DNA from: Blepharisma stoltei ATCC 30299
Lineage: Eukaryota; Protista; Ciliophora
Direction of reading: 5' to 3'
Length of the DNA stretch: 64,000 bases
Assembly (NCBI GenBank): GCA_965603825.1
Contig: CBFDEM010000021.1
Location: forward strand, 186,001 to 250,000
The position numbers and the translations under genes were made by a program. Below the pieces are notes generated by a model that saw nothing but the letters and a program-made list of their open reading frames with translations, was not told the DNA's origin and searched no databases. Shown in pieces: positions 12,245 through 23,344 of the stretch (position 1 is its first letter; each line of letters starts with the position of its first letter).

Positions 12245-12751
12245 GTTATAGAGCTACTTTTTATAATAATTAATTAACTTTTTTGTAGTTTGAAAATATA
12301 TCTAATTTCTGGTAAGAATTATGTTTAAAATCCACACCATTATATTGCTAGCCTAATAGTAAAGCTAAAACTTAGACGCACTTTACATTTTTAATATTTA
12401 TTAATGGTGATCATTGTTAAATTTAAAATTTATCTAAGCCTAAAGATGCTAGGAAACTCAGATTAGCAATAACACAATCCAATTTATTTCTAAAACTTTA
12501 TAAGTTTAATAAAACTAAGGGGTAAATTGAAAAAATCTCTGAAAAATAAGGAAATCTGATTTTAATATGATTAAAATAGATTAAAATTTCTATTATTTAG
12601 ATAAAATCTAAATCATTGGAAAAGGTTAATTAATTTATTTTTAAAGGATATATTAACTTATTTGGTTTTTTAACAACTCAAAAGCTTTAAATTTCATTAA
12701 TTACTTATAATCTTTTTCTCTTTTCAGTTAAGCATTGATTTGAGTTTTATT

Positions 12752-13591
12752 TTAAAACTGCTTATATGTATCTTGTGAGTGAACCAGTTTTTCTATATTA
12801 ACACCGAGAAGTTTTATAGTTCGATCTTGCTCTGGACCCAGCCCTTTAGTTTTCCTTAATAATGCAAGACTTGCTCTTTGATAACGACTGACGCCTAATG
12901 GTTTCCCTAATGCATCCTCAGACTTTTTTTCTGTCAAGGGGGCATGATGAATCATTGAAATACTTGAAACCATTTTCAGCATTTGTTCTTTTTTTTCTTC
13001 TTCTAAGTCTCTGCTTTGTTCTCTGCCTTGATTGAAAAATATTTTTGAATACATTTCATCATTTTTGCTTTCTACGCTTTCTTGGAAAATAGAGCTTTTT
13101 CCTCCAGAATATGGCCGTTTATGCTGGTGCAATATAGCATTTTCTTTACTTTTATTATTTTCGCACTCTGACTCCAAAAAAATTCACACTTTTAGCAAGT
13201 CAGGTTCCTGCAGGCCATTGACTCTATCAATTAAAGTTTGCTGTTTATCTTTAATCATATTTGAGCTTTCATAAAATTCAAAAGGACAATTATCTCTTAA
13301 ATTGGCTGACTTATCAGTATCTTGGCTAAAGAATTCTTTTTCCAAAAATTTATTAGGAATTACAACAGGTATATTTCATTTTCTTCTTCCACTATATCTT
13401 GATGAATTTCTATGAAGAACCTTTGAATGCAAATCAGATGGTCTAGCAAGAATTGGTCGGCATGAAGGAAGAGGTCGATCTGTTTGAGAAACGTCATCAT
13501 CAAGTCCATCTTCTGTGTTTCCATCACTTTGTTTTCTTTTATGCGCAAGCTCTTTGAAAAAGTCGAGAAATGGATTAGGAAATTCCTTCAT
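12752..13591 (-). CDS. Hypothetical protein, 279 aa
   Basis: Two ORFs joined in frame by TGA=Trp (13376-13378 and one further). Confidence 0.75.
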
Positions 13592-13816
13592 CTTAAAACA
13601 AGTTGACTATTTTAGTAGCAAAACAGCAAAAAATTAAATTAATTGATTACCAAGCTGCTAATTAAAAAATAAATTCTGAAAAAACTTCAAGCTCTTTTAC
13701 TAGTTTTTTATATTATTTGTTCTGAAAATCTATATTATTTATTTAAAATCGCACAGATTTACCTTTAAAGATTTATGACTTATATCATTTAAAGATTCCC
13801 TTATACCAATTTCCAT

Positions 13817-14476
13817 ATGATTCGAAAAAATGATGTTAATGGGGACTTATCATACATAATGAAAACAAGGCAAAATTCTCTTCATCCGACTTATATATCG
13901 ACTAGGAAGTTTGAAATCAAAGCAAGCCATGCAGAAGTAATAGGAGACCTCGAACAAATAATAGGCTCAGTCCCAAACATTTCTTCAGCGAAAAAGAACA
14001 AATCACAACCTTTTTCTCCGGCTGAATTTCCCAAGCGTCAAAAGCTCAAGCGAGCAGTCAAAAATAATTCCTCAGATCCTATAATTCCTGAAGCCGCTAT
14101 TGGGATTTTAGGATTTGCGTCCTTTCTGATTGAAGCTGAAACCCAATCTCAAATTCCCATAGTAGCGAAGCAGCCAAAGAAAACTCAGAAACCTGTTGTA
14201 AAACAGCCAAAAAAACAAAATAATACAGCAAAACCTGAAATAAAAGCACAAGTTTCGTGTATGAAGCCTGAAATCAAAACACAGATTTCCTTTATGTCGA
14301 GAAATTTTGGAATGTATATGAATTATCCATCTGTGGCTGTATTTCCTCAGGCTTTTAAATTTATGCCGCTTACTGCAAGAGAGCTACCGAGAGCTGCAAA
14401 TCATTTGAAGATTGCGTTTTGAATCAATAAGCATGCAAAAGCTGAAAAGCAAAAGTCTGCAGCTGCAGAGTGTTAA
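13817..14476 (+). CDS. Hypothetical basic protein, 219 aa
   Basis: TGA 14420-14422=Trp extends the ORF to TAA 14474-14476; C-terminal RAANHLKIAFWI motif. Confidence 0.7.
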
Positions 14477-14884
14477 GAAGAATTTTTAAATATTGTTAAT
14501 TTTGATTTATAAATAATAACTTTGATTTAAATCTGATTTGGACTGATACTTTCTAATTGAATGAAAATGGATTTTTGCTATCCTTTTAGAGCTAGTGCAT
14601 TTTTTCTGATTAGAAATCAAGTTAAATTAATCAAAATATTATCACCTAGGTAGATGATCTTATTTTTAAAATAAAAATTATAGTTTATAGATATATCACT
14701 AAAATATATAAAGATTTTACTAAAATAATATTGTTTCTTCTATAATTTTTTTTTTATAGTTTTCTAAGTTTCTGCCCAGATTTCAGTTCATACGATACCT
14801 AAAAAAAGCCAATATAGGTTTATTAAATATTCTTATTCAAGGTGCACTACTCATCCATTTTTTACTTCATAATTATATACTTAT

Positions 14885-16039
14885 ATGTCAAGAGTTGTAC
14901 GAGTTCGTTCTCGAGAACACGGGATACTTTACATTCAAAAATCAAGCAATGAATCCACAAATTCTTCTGTTCGCTCTAGCAAAATGTCGCTTGACGCGTT
15001 TTATCTGTCAATCGAAGCAAGAGGAATCCCGATCTCTACTTTTGCATTATATTATAAAGGTGAAAGACTTAAGCGCTCCAAATTCCAAGAAGCTTCTAAT
15101 GATCGCATACAATTATTGAGCTCAAAAGAAAAATCCTTGAGCTCAAAACTTCAAATCAAACTTGGTGATGACTGTTTCAATATTATCATAAAGAAACCTA
15201 ACAATATGACAATATGGAAGCTAATTTTGAAATTAATAAAACTCAAAGATCTAGACGTTTGAAACACACGCATTATTAGTGCTGTTTACAAATTCAGTAA
15301 TATAGAGTATCATAGAACTCTGGATACCTTCGATCTAAAAGGCGAATTTAATTTTTTTATTAAAGAGGAAAAGTATAAAAGGAAACATATTGAAATTAAG
15401 GCTCATAATGAGGCTAATGGGCAGCTGATTATTATAAGATGTAGCCGTTCATCGAAAATAAGCAAGCTTAAAAGGCTGATTTGCTTTAAAATTTTGACTA
15501 ACATTACTGATATAAGATTAGTTAAAAATAGTGTTGTCCTCAGAGATGATGAAGAAGTCAGCGGCATAGAAGGAGATATTATTAATATAGTAAGAAATAA
15601 GCCTGGTGGGGGAGTAAAAAGCCTGTTTTTTAATGATCTTAATGAAGTCTGCGAAAGGGAATTTAATGATAAAGCTCCAGATTGGAGAGCGGTAAAGCCA
15701 GGCTTGTCTTGGATCTGCATATGTGATAATGAGGAGTGTGTGGCATATAAAGATTATGTAATTGTCAATAGTGGCTTTAATGAATTTAATGTGGCAGAAG
15801 AAATGTGAAATTTGTGATGTCCTGCATGCAATCATACTGTATGCTCAAGCAAAGTTTTAAATATAGGATTTTACAAAACAGACTGAAGAATTGAAGGAAG
15901 ACTTGAGCATGGCGAAAAATTCGATAAAAATGGAAGTGCTGCGAGTGATAATTATACGACCTTTAAAGATGGGAATACAGTAAATTGGTGCTACTTAAAG
16001 ATTGAAACATTAGAATTAGGATATTTGCCGTTTATTTAA
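14885..16039 (+). CDS. Tandem ubiquitin-like domains + Cys-rich (putative Zn) C-terminal domain, 384 aa
   Basis: One frame with 4 TGA=Trp; UBL-like SKISKLKRLI...IRLV...LRDDEEVSGIEGDIINIVRNKPGGG; APDWRAVKPGLSWICICDNEEC...CPAC. Confidence 0.75.
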
Positions 16040-16137
16040 GTCCTAATATATATATTATTAAAAATATAAATGGCTGTGATATTTCACTGATCAGAAAAAT
16101 GACGAAGCCATATTATCTATCTCCTTAATTCCTATAA

Positions 16138-17142
16138 ATGTCTGAAGAAGTCATCCACGCAATAACAATTGGCCAAATTTCTGATTTCAATAGTTTGCAG
16201 CTTAAAGAAATTCCTCTGCCACACGTACCGACTGGCTATGTCTTAATTCAAACCGAATTTGCTATCGTCAATGTTGCAGACGAACTAGCTGTCTCTAACA
16301 TTACAAAGCGTCCAGCTCATAGTACTCTTGGACTAGAAGGGTCAGGTGTTGTCGTTAGAAGTGGAGGTGGCCAGCTTGCAGACTCCTTTTTAAATCGAAG
16401 AGTGGCATTCTTATCCCGAGGTCCTCAAGCAACAGGCTCTTTCTCTGATCTTGTCATCACTGATGCTAAATATGTGCTTCCATTGCCTGATCAAATTTCT
16501 TTTGAGCAAGGAGCCAGCTTACTTAATAACCCATTTACTGCTGCATATCTTGTCAAAAAGATAAAAGACGGTAATCATAGAGCTGTGATCCAAAATGCTG
16601 CTGCCAGTACAGTGGCCAGATGTCTGTTCCAATACTGTACATATTTAGGAATTCCAGTTATAAACCTTGTGAAGGACAATGAAGAAGAAAATTTATTGCG
16701 TTCGCTAAATGCTGAATATATTATTAATGTTTCTCAACAAGGCTGGATAGATAGGGCAAAAGAGCTAGCAAGGTCAATTAAAGCAACTATAGCGTTTGAC
16801 AGCGTTGGAGGAGATTTCACTGGGGAATTGTTAGAAATTTTAGATGAGCCAGGAATCTTATATGTGTTTGGAGCTTTGTCACTGCAGCCATGCAGAATTA
16901 AACCTTCTGCTTTATTGGGACAGAAGAAAACAGTATTGGGATTGGATATAGAAAAATGGCTAGCTAAAACGACCACTTTGAAGAAGACAAAACTGCTGCA
17001 GAAAGTCCAGGGTTTGATAGGAAATGTGATTAATGTGGATTATACTGATACTGTGGGATTAGATAGAGTGAAAGATGCATTGTGCCAATATAGAGAAAAA
17101 AAGACAGCCAATAAATTTTTGATTAGAACAAGAAATCATTAA
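16138..17142 (+). CDS. Medium-chain dehydrogenase/reductase (quinone/enoyl reductase-like)
   Basis: GLEGSGVVV, NPFTA, IQNAAAS, FDSVGG, VFGALS. Confidence 0.9.
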   Translation: MSEEVIHAITIGQISDFNSLQLKEIPLPHVPTGYVLIQTEFAIVNVADELAVSNITKRPAHSTLGLEGSGVVVRSGGGQLADSFLNRRVAFLSRGPQATGSFSDLVITDAKYVLPLPDQISFEQGASLLNNPFTAAYLVKKIKDGNHRAVIQNAAASTVARCLFQYCTYLGIPVINLVKDNEEENLLRSLNAEYIINVSQQGWIDRAKELARSIKATIAFDSVGGDFTGELLEILDEPGILYVFGALSLQPCRIKPSALLGQKKTVLGLDIEKWLAKTTTLKKTKLLQKVQGLIGNVINVDYTDTVGLDRVKDALCQYREKKTANKFLIRTRNH

Positions 17143-17460
17143 TTAATTTTATTTATAGAATTTGAATAAATTGTATATTTTTGCTGGGCTATAACTATCT
17201 TCTTAAACTATAATGAGTCAAAAGCAGCTCCTTCTATTTTTATTATGCATTTTTTAAACCCTCAGATGTATTACTCTTTATTAATGAGTTTATTTATTAT
17301 CTATCCCTTAAAAATACTATATAAAATATCTTTCATCATGCTAATCTGTATGAACTCACGTGAGAAATTATCTTATAAATTTTATTTACGACAACTTAAT
17401 TCAGATTTTTTCAATTTATATGCTTTTCTGTTGATTCACTGGAATATATATATTTTAAAT

Positions 17461-18168
17461 ATGGATAATATCATGAGAAGAGACCAAGAAAGCACTGAAT
17501 TTTTAAGCGATTCTCTGCATTGCAAACAATTGCAGGATCCAAACAGCCACCCTTATATCCGAAATTTTCAAGATTTAGTATCATTTGAAAATGAGGACAC
17601 AGCTCAGCCAAACTGATCAAGAGTTTATTTTTCTGACACATGTGAAGTGTTCAGAAAGTCAGCAAATGACTCAAATGTATGCATAATTAAAGCTTTTTGC
17701 ACATTAAATTATCCTATAGATGTGATTTATAAGGCAATATGAGACCCAGAAATACGAGTTGCTTGGGATAAGATTTTTCTGGATTACAAAGTAGAAAAAA
17801 ATGACGAGTTCTCTGAGTTTTTATATTTTAGGATTAAATCACCTCCAGGAATTACGCAGAGAGATTGAATTCAGAGACGTACTATGATAAAAAATTATCC
17901 TGAGCATGGCTCAATAACTATGCACTCGGAAAGTATAGATCATCCTGATTATCCTGTGCTTGGAAATGTTATTCGTGCTGAAACAAAGTTTTCTGGATAT
18001 ATTCTTAGGCCTTTAGAAAATGGCAGAACAAAGCTGACTATTATATCACAAAATGATATAAAAGGCGGAATACCGAAAAAACTTGTGAGCTTCTTTGCTG
18101 GAAGGACCCCTAAAAAGTGGTTGAAAACTTTATCTAAATCTTGCAATCGGCTTATGAATACCATTTAA
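17461..18168 (+). CDS. START lipid-transfer domain protein, 235 aa
   Basis: 3 TGA=Trp; RVAWDK, PPGITQRDW, SIDHPDYP...IRAE, DIKGGIP. Confidence 0.88.
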
Positions 18169-18477
18169 ATAATATTTGAAAAATAATAAATGATTGAATT
18201 GAAAATATAAACACTTTATTCAGATACGCTTATATATAAGCTAGCTTCTGATTTTTTCATTTATTTTTTATTTTCATTTATTTATCTACTTTTTAATATT
18301 TTAATCTACTCACTCTCAATGAAAATTTGTTCGCTTACATAATCAAGCTACTGCTGCTTTAAAAAATATCACTAGAGAAGATATAGAAAAAGGCCGAAAA
18401 TTAAATCCAAAAAACCCAGAAAGCCTGCCACTACATCATGTTGTTAGAATTAAGATTTATAACTTTAAGATATTTAT

Positions 18478-19386
18478 CTAAAGGAAATAAGGCACTACAG
18501 ATCTAGGGGGGATACTTTTAGCGCTTTCTGGAACTTCTTTAAACATTTTGAATTCTCGGTTGAGGTTTTCGTCTACCACCAATATTGACGCATCATTTGC
18601 ACATCTATAGAAATAATTCGGTGCACTCCAAACAGTCACCAAATTCTGCTTTGGGAACCAAAACTTGTACCCTTCCTGCACAAGCTGATGTGCCCTGCAT
18701 ATCAAGTTCAGTCCATTTATATGGTTGAACTCTTCAGTCACTTTTGAGCCAAAAATCCACCCAGCACCTCTCGGACTCATAGACCAAGTTTCAATATCCT
18801 CTGGGTCGCTCCACATTAAATCACAAAAGGCGCCTTCTTGAGGGATCTCTACTTTACGGTCAATGACCCTCATTTGGTCAATTGTCTTGATTTCAGGTGA
18901 AAGCCCACCATGGACACATAGGATTTTTGAGTCTACAACAGCTGCAATATTCAAGTAATCGAAGACTTCTGTGCAGTATTTCCATGCGTTGGCATTGCCA
19001 TATTTTCTAACACATTCGTCGTAGAAGCCGTAGACTTGGGTGATTTGACGACTTTCATGATTTCCTCTGAGAAGGGTGATATTTTGGGGATATCTCACTT
19101 TGAGCGCAATTAAGAGCTCAAAGGTCTCGACTGAGTTGTAGCCACGGTCGACGTAGTCACCCATAAAGATATAGTTGTTGTCGGGAATTTGTCCTCCTGT
19201 GCGGAAGAGCTCGAGTAAGTCGTAAAATTGGCCATGAATGTCGCCACAGATTATGACTGGGGCGGAGACTGGCTGGACGTTGTTTTCTTCCATAAGGAGG
19301 GCTTTTACTCTTTCACAGAGGTTGAAAAGGTCACTTTCAGGCAGACATTTGCCTTCACGAACTGTTTGTAGCCAAGAATCCTCCAT
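18478..19386 (-). CDS. PPP6C: Ser/Thr protein phosphatase 6 catalytic subunit (PP2A family)
   Basis: [30 protein letters not shown]-terminal PYFL. Confidence 0.93.
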   Translation of the reverse strand: MEDSWLQTVREGKCLPESDLFNLCERVKALLMEENNVQPVSAPVIICGDIHGQFYDLLELFRTGGQIPDNNYIFMGDYVDRGYNSVETFELLIALKVRYPQNITLLRGNHESRQITQVYGFYDECVRKYGNANAWKYCTEVFDYLNIAAVVDSKILCVHGGLSPEIKTIDQMRVIDRKVEIPQEGAFCDLMWSDPEDIETWSMSPRGAGWIFGSKVTEEFNHINGLNLICRAHQLVQEGYKFWFPKQNLVTVWSAPNYFYRCANDASILVVDENLNREFKMFKEVPESAKSIPPRSVVPYFL

Positions 19387-19705
19387 TTACTATGATATGC
19401 TAGTTAAACAGCGAATAAGACGTTTGAAGGAAGTTTAGGGGCTAATTAACTATTATTGGGATGGTATTTTGAATAATTTTAAATAATTTTTAAAATATTC
19501 GAATTGCTAAGTCGAAAAAAATAGCAAATAAACATTTTCTACATAAACTATGGAATATAGCTTATTTTTCAGATTTTTCATAATATAGACTTATAAAAAT
19601 AATAAGGAAAACCATCACTATAAGGCTTTTTATCCATAATTATCTGTCTCCAATTTATTTTTAAAAAATCATATATCTAAGCTTTCAATTTACTCATAAA
19701 AATAT

Positions 19706-21646
19706 TTATTCTTTCTTATCCTTATTAGCATCATCTTCATTGTTTTGCTGTGTGTTTTGTTCTTGCTGTTGTTCTTGCTGTTGTCCTTGGTTCTGTTGTC
19801 CTTGATAAATGCTCTTTCCTATTTCTAATGACAAGTTCTTAATTTTATCAATTCCAGCTCTCATCCCATCGACATCATCTGCGTTCATTTTTTCTTTCAA
19901 CTCACTGATAGCTTGTGCAATATCATTGCTCACGTTTTCTGGTACTTTATCCTTATGCTCATGGATGGTCTTTTCAATATTATAAATGGTATTATCAGCT
20001 TCATTCTTAGTATCAATTGCATTTCTTCTCTTTTCATCTTCAGCTCTCAATCTTTCAGCATCTTTAACCATCTTTTCAATATCAGCCTTGCTTAGACCTC
20101 CAGAAGACTGGACAGTGATGCTCTGGTCCTTTCCAGTAGCTTTATCTTTAGCATTAACGTGGACAAGCCCATTTGCGTCAATATCAAAAGTGACTTCAAT
20201 TTGTGGCATTCCTCTAGGTGCTGGTGGAATTCCAGTCAAATCGAAGTTTCCTAGCAGCTTGTTGTCGTTAGCCATTTCTCTTTCACCTTGAAGGACTTTA
20301 ATTGTGACTGTAGTTTGGCTGTCTGCAGCTGTTGAAAAGACTTGTGACTTTCTTGTAGGGATTGTGGTGTTTCTGTTGATAATTCTTGTGAAAACACCTC
20401 CAAGAGTTTCAATACCAAGGGATAGAGGAGTGACATCAAGAAGGACAATGCCTCCCATTTCTCCTTGGAGAACTCCTGCTTGGATTGCAGCACCCATAGC
20501 GACTGCTTCGTCAGGGTTGACACTTTTGTTGCCTGGCTTTCCATAGTACTCTTTTACGAATTCTTGGACTCTTGGCATTCTAGTCATACCTCCGACCAAC
20601 AAGATTTCTTGGAGCTGAGACTTGTTGAGCCCAGCATCTTTTAAGCAGACCTCACATGGCTTTTTGGTTCTATCAATTAAGCTTGCAGTGAGTTGTTCAT
20701 ACTTAGCCCTTGTAAGCTTCATATTCAAATGTTTTGGCCCAGTTTTATCAGCAGTAATATAAGGCTGATTAATCTCAGTTTGTGTGCTTGAGGACAGCTC
20801 GATTTTTGCTTTTTCTGCAGCTTCTCTGACTCTTTGTAGTGCAGTCCTGTCAAATTTCAAGTCAATTTTAGTTTCTTTCTTAAATTCTTCTAAAATATAG
20901 TTTTGTAAAACATTATCGAAATCTTCACCACCAAGAGCGGTATCACCATTGGTAGCTTTGACTTCGAAAACTCCTTGTGAGATTTCAAGAATTGAAATAT
21001 CAAAAGTGCCTCCTCCTAAGTCGAAGACTGCAAGAACTTTGCCATCGTTTTTGTCAAGACCATATGACAAAGCAGCGGCGGTCGGCTCATTGATGATTCT
21101 TTCTACTTCAAGGCCTGAAATTTGGCCAGCATCTTTGGTTGCTTGTCTTTGGGAGTCGTTAAAGTAAGCTGGGACTGTGATCACAGCTTTTTTAACTTGG
21201 CCACCAAGATAGGATTCAGCAGTCTCTTTCATTTTCATAAGAACAAAGGCACCAATTTGGCTTGGGCTGTATTTTTTGCCGTGGGCTTCAACCCAAGCGT
21301 CGCCGTTAGGAGCTTTTATGAGCTTATAGCCGAGAGATTTTAGATCTCTTTGGATGGTAGGATCATCAAAGCGACGGCCGATAAGTCTTTTTGTAGCGTA
21401 AAAAGTATTTTCAGGGTTTGTGACAGCTTGACGCTTGGCTGCAATACCAACAAGTCTTTCTCCTTCTGCGGAAAAGCTGACAACTGATGGGGTTGTCCTC
21501 ATACCTTCAGAGTTTTCAAGGACTTTAGGCTGGCCACCTTCTAGAACTGCGACGCAGGAGTTGGTAGTTCCTAGATCGATACCAATAGCTTTGGAAAATT
21601 GGCGAGCGAGGATGTTCTTGTTGAAAGAGCTGGAGAGTCTTAACAT
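19706..21646 (-). CDS. HSPA9: Mitochondrial HSP70
   Basis: Basic presequence, [15 protein letters not shown] and YSPSQIG mitochondrial/proteobacterial signatures. Confidence 0.97.
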   Translation of the reverse strand: MLRLSSSFNKNILARQFSKAIGIDLGTTNSCVAVLEGGQPKVLENSEGMRTTPSVVSFSAEGERLVGIAAKRQAVTNPENTFYATKRLIGRRFDDPTIQRDLKSLGYKLIKAPNGDAWVEAHGKKYSPSQIGAFVLMKMKETAESYLGGQVKKAVITVPAYFNDSQRQATKDAGQISGLEVERIINEPTAAALSYGLDKNDGKVLAVFDLGGGTFDISILEISQGVFEVKATNGDTALGGEDFDNVLQNYILEEFKKETKIDLKFDRTALQRVREAAEKAKIELSSSTQTEINQPYITADKTGPKHLNMKLTRAKYEQLTASLIDRTKKPCEVCLKDAGLNKSQLQEILLVGGMTRMPRVQEFVKEYYGKPGNKSVNPDEAVAMGAAIQAGVLQGEMGGIVLLDVTPLSLGIETLGGVFTRIINRNTTIPTRKSQVFSTAADSQTTVTIKVLQGEREMANDNKLLGNFDLTGIPPAPRGMPQIEVTFDIDANGLVHVNAKDKATGKDQSITVQSSGGLSKADIEKMVKDAERLRAEDEKRRNAIDTKNEADNTIYNIEKTIHEHKDKVPENVSNDIAQAISELKEKMNADDVDGMRAGIDKIKNLSLEIGKSIYQGQQNQGQQQEQQQEQNTQQNNEDDANKDKKE

Positions 21647-22311
21647 TAAAATATGCGGCTCTAAATTATTAGTTCCATATTAGGATAGAAAGTTAACCTT
21701 GTTTTTGGCTGAGTTTTAGATATTTTTAGGTGTTAAGTAAGAAAGACTTGAGGAAGATAGAATTGGGATAAGGAAATTTTATGGGATAATGGAAATATAA
21801 AAGATGAAGAAAAATGACAATTGTTAGATTTATGAAAGAAAAATTCGAAGTGGAAATAGAAAATAAAGAATGAGTGAATTTATATGAAATAGGAAAATTA
21901 AGGATTGGAGTTTTAAATAAAATAATCTAAGAGCACTATAGTTTTTAGTAATTATGTGATATTGCAATAAACTTTGCAGTATTAAAAAATGTTAAGTAAA
22001 ATGCATGAGCAAATTGAAAATAATTTCCGATAATGGACGATTTCATGCAATATTAAACAATAAAAAAACAACTTAATCTAAAATAATTTTAAATTACCTT
22101 CTTTCTTTATTGATCTTCATTTTAATATTTATTAATAAAATTATTGGTTATATTTATTATAATTAAAATATTCTAATATCAATATTTCCCTCTTTCAGAT
22201 CTCATCATCCACAATTACTCAACAAGTTTCAAGAAATTCCTATTTTGTAAAATATTCACCATGGTCTAATTTTACCATACTTGATTTAATACCAGCCATT
22301 GCATAAATATA

Positions 22312-23304
22312 ATGTCTGACATAGAGTCTCATCTTCTGAGCTTAATGACAACTCCTCTCATATCCATCCTTCTGAACTTCACTTTAGAGCACGAAGTCCA
22401 TAAGAAGCTTGCTGAGAGTCCTAAAACGTCTCAGGAGTTATCAGGAATATTGTCACTCGACGCTGACAAGCTTAACCGTGCATTGTTTGCCCTTACCTTC
22501 AACGGAATCTATACATTTAATGAGCAGACTTATAAGTGGTCTAACAGTCCTTTAACAGACGCTTTACTTGACGACCACAAATGCACACTTTTCAGGTGGA
22601 ATACATGCCCCTATTTTTATAAAAAATTAGCACAAAAAGTGTCAATTATAAAAGATGTCCAACATAAAGACGAGTCTTGTGAGTCAGTATTTGTGGAAGC
22701 TGCTGAAAACCCTGATTTATTGAAACTTTTCCAAGATGCGATGACTATAGTAACCCATGGAAATATTAATGAGATTGTCCAAGCAATCGATTTGACGTCA
22801 GCTTCAAGAGTCTTAGATATAGGTGGAGGAGAAGGTGGACTTATTTGTGAGCTAGTCAAGGCAAATCATCATATCACTGGTGGAAATCTAGACAGAGAAG
22901 AAAACAGGGCTAGCAATGAAGAACTTATCCAAAGCCTAGGATTAGGAAATAAAATTAATTTTTTTTCAGGAAACTTTTTTGTCACAATCCCTCAAGGTTT
23001 TGATACTTTGACAATTAAGCACGTCCTACATGACTGGAATGACGAAGATTGTCTAAAGATTTTGACTAACTGCAGAAATGCATTAGAAATCGGGAATAAG
23101 TTATATATCATTGACATGGTCTTAAACAATACAGACCCAAACAGAAAACTCCAAAGGTTTTTTGATGTAAAAATGATGATTTTAGGTAACGCTAAAGAAA
23201 GAACAGAAGAAAACTTTGAAAACTTGTTAAGACAAGCTGGGTTTAGAATTAGCAGCATTTCAAAAGCAAGGATGGATAGCGTCATAGAAGCAGTCGCGAT
23301 TTAA
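22312..23304 (+). CDS. SAM-dependent O-methyltransferase (COMT/ASMT-type, dimerisation + Methyltransf_2)
   Basis: VLDIGGGEG, GNFF, KHVLHDWND, KERTEE. Confidence 0.92.
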   Translation: MSDIESHLLSLMTTPLISILLNFTLEHEVHKKLAESPKTSQELSGILSLDADKLNRALFALTFNGIYTFNEQTYKWSNSPLTDALLDDHKCTLFRWNTCPYFYKKLAQKVSIIKDVQHKDESCESVFVEAAENPDLLKLFQDAMTIVTHGNINEIVQAIDLTSASRVLDIGGGEGGLICELVKANHHITGGNLDREENRASNEELIQSLGLGNKINFFSGNFFVTIPQGFDTLTIKHVLHDWNDEDCLKILTNCRNALEIGNKLYIIDMVLNNTDPNRKLQRFFDVKMMILGNAKERTEENFENLLRQAGFRISSISKARMDSVIEAVAI

Positions 23305-23344
23305 ATAATTCATCTAATTTCTTATTCTTTAAACTCTTTATAAA

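Noticed and set aside
16071-16110. TGGCT...AGCCA-bounded segment as a C/D snoRNA
   Set aside because: Too short, and the box C/D motifs are not convincing
17245-17460. Hydrophobic N-terminal extension of the START ORF (likewise 8183-8245 for PFDN5)
   Set aside because: AT-rich intergenic composition; better ATGs at 17461 and 8182
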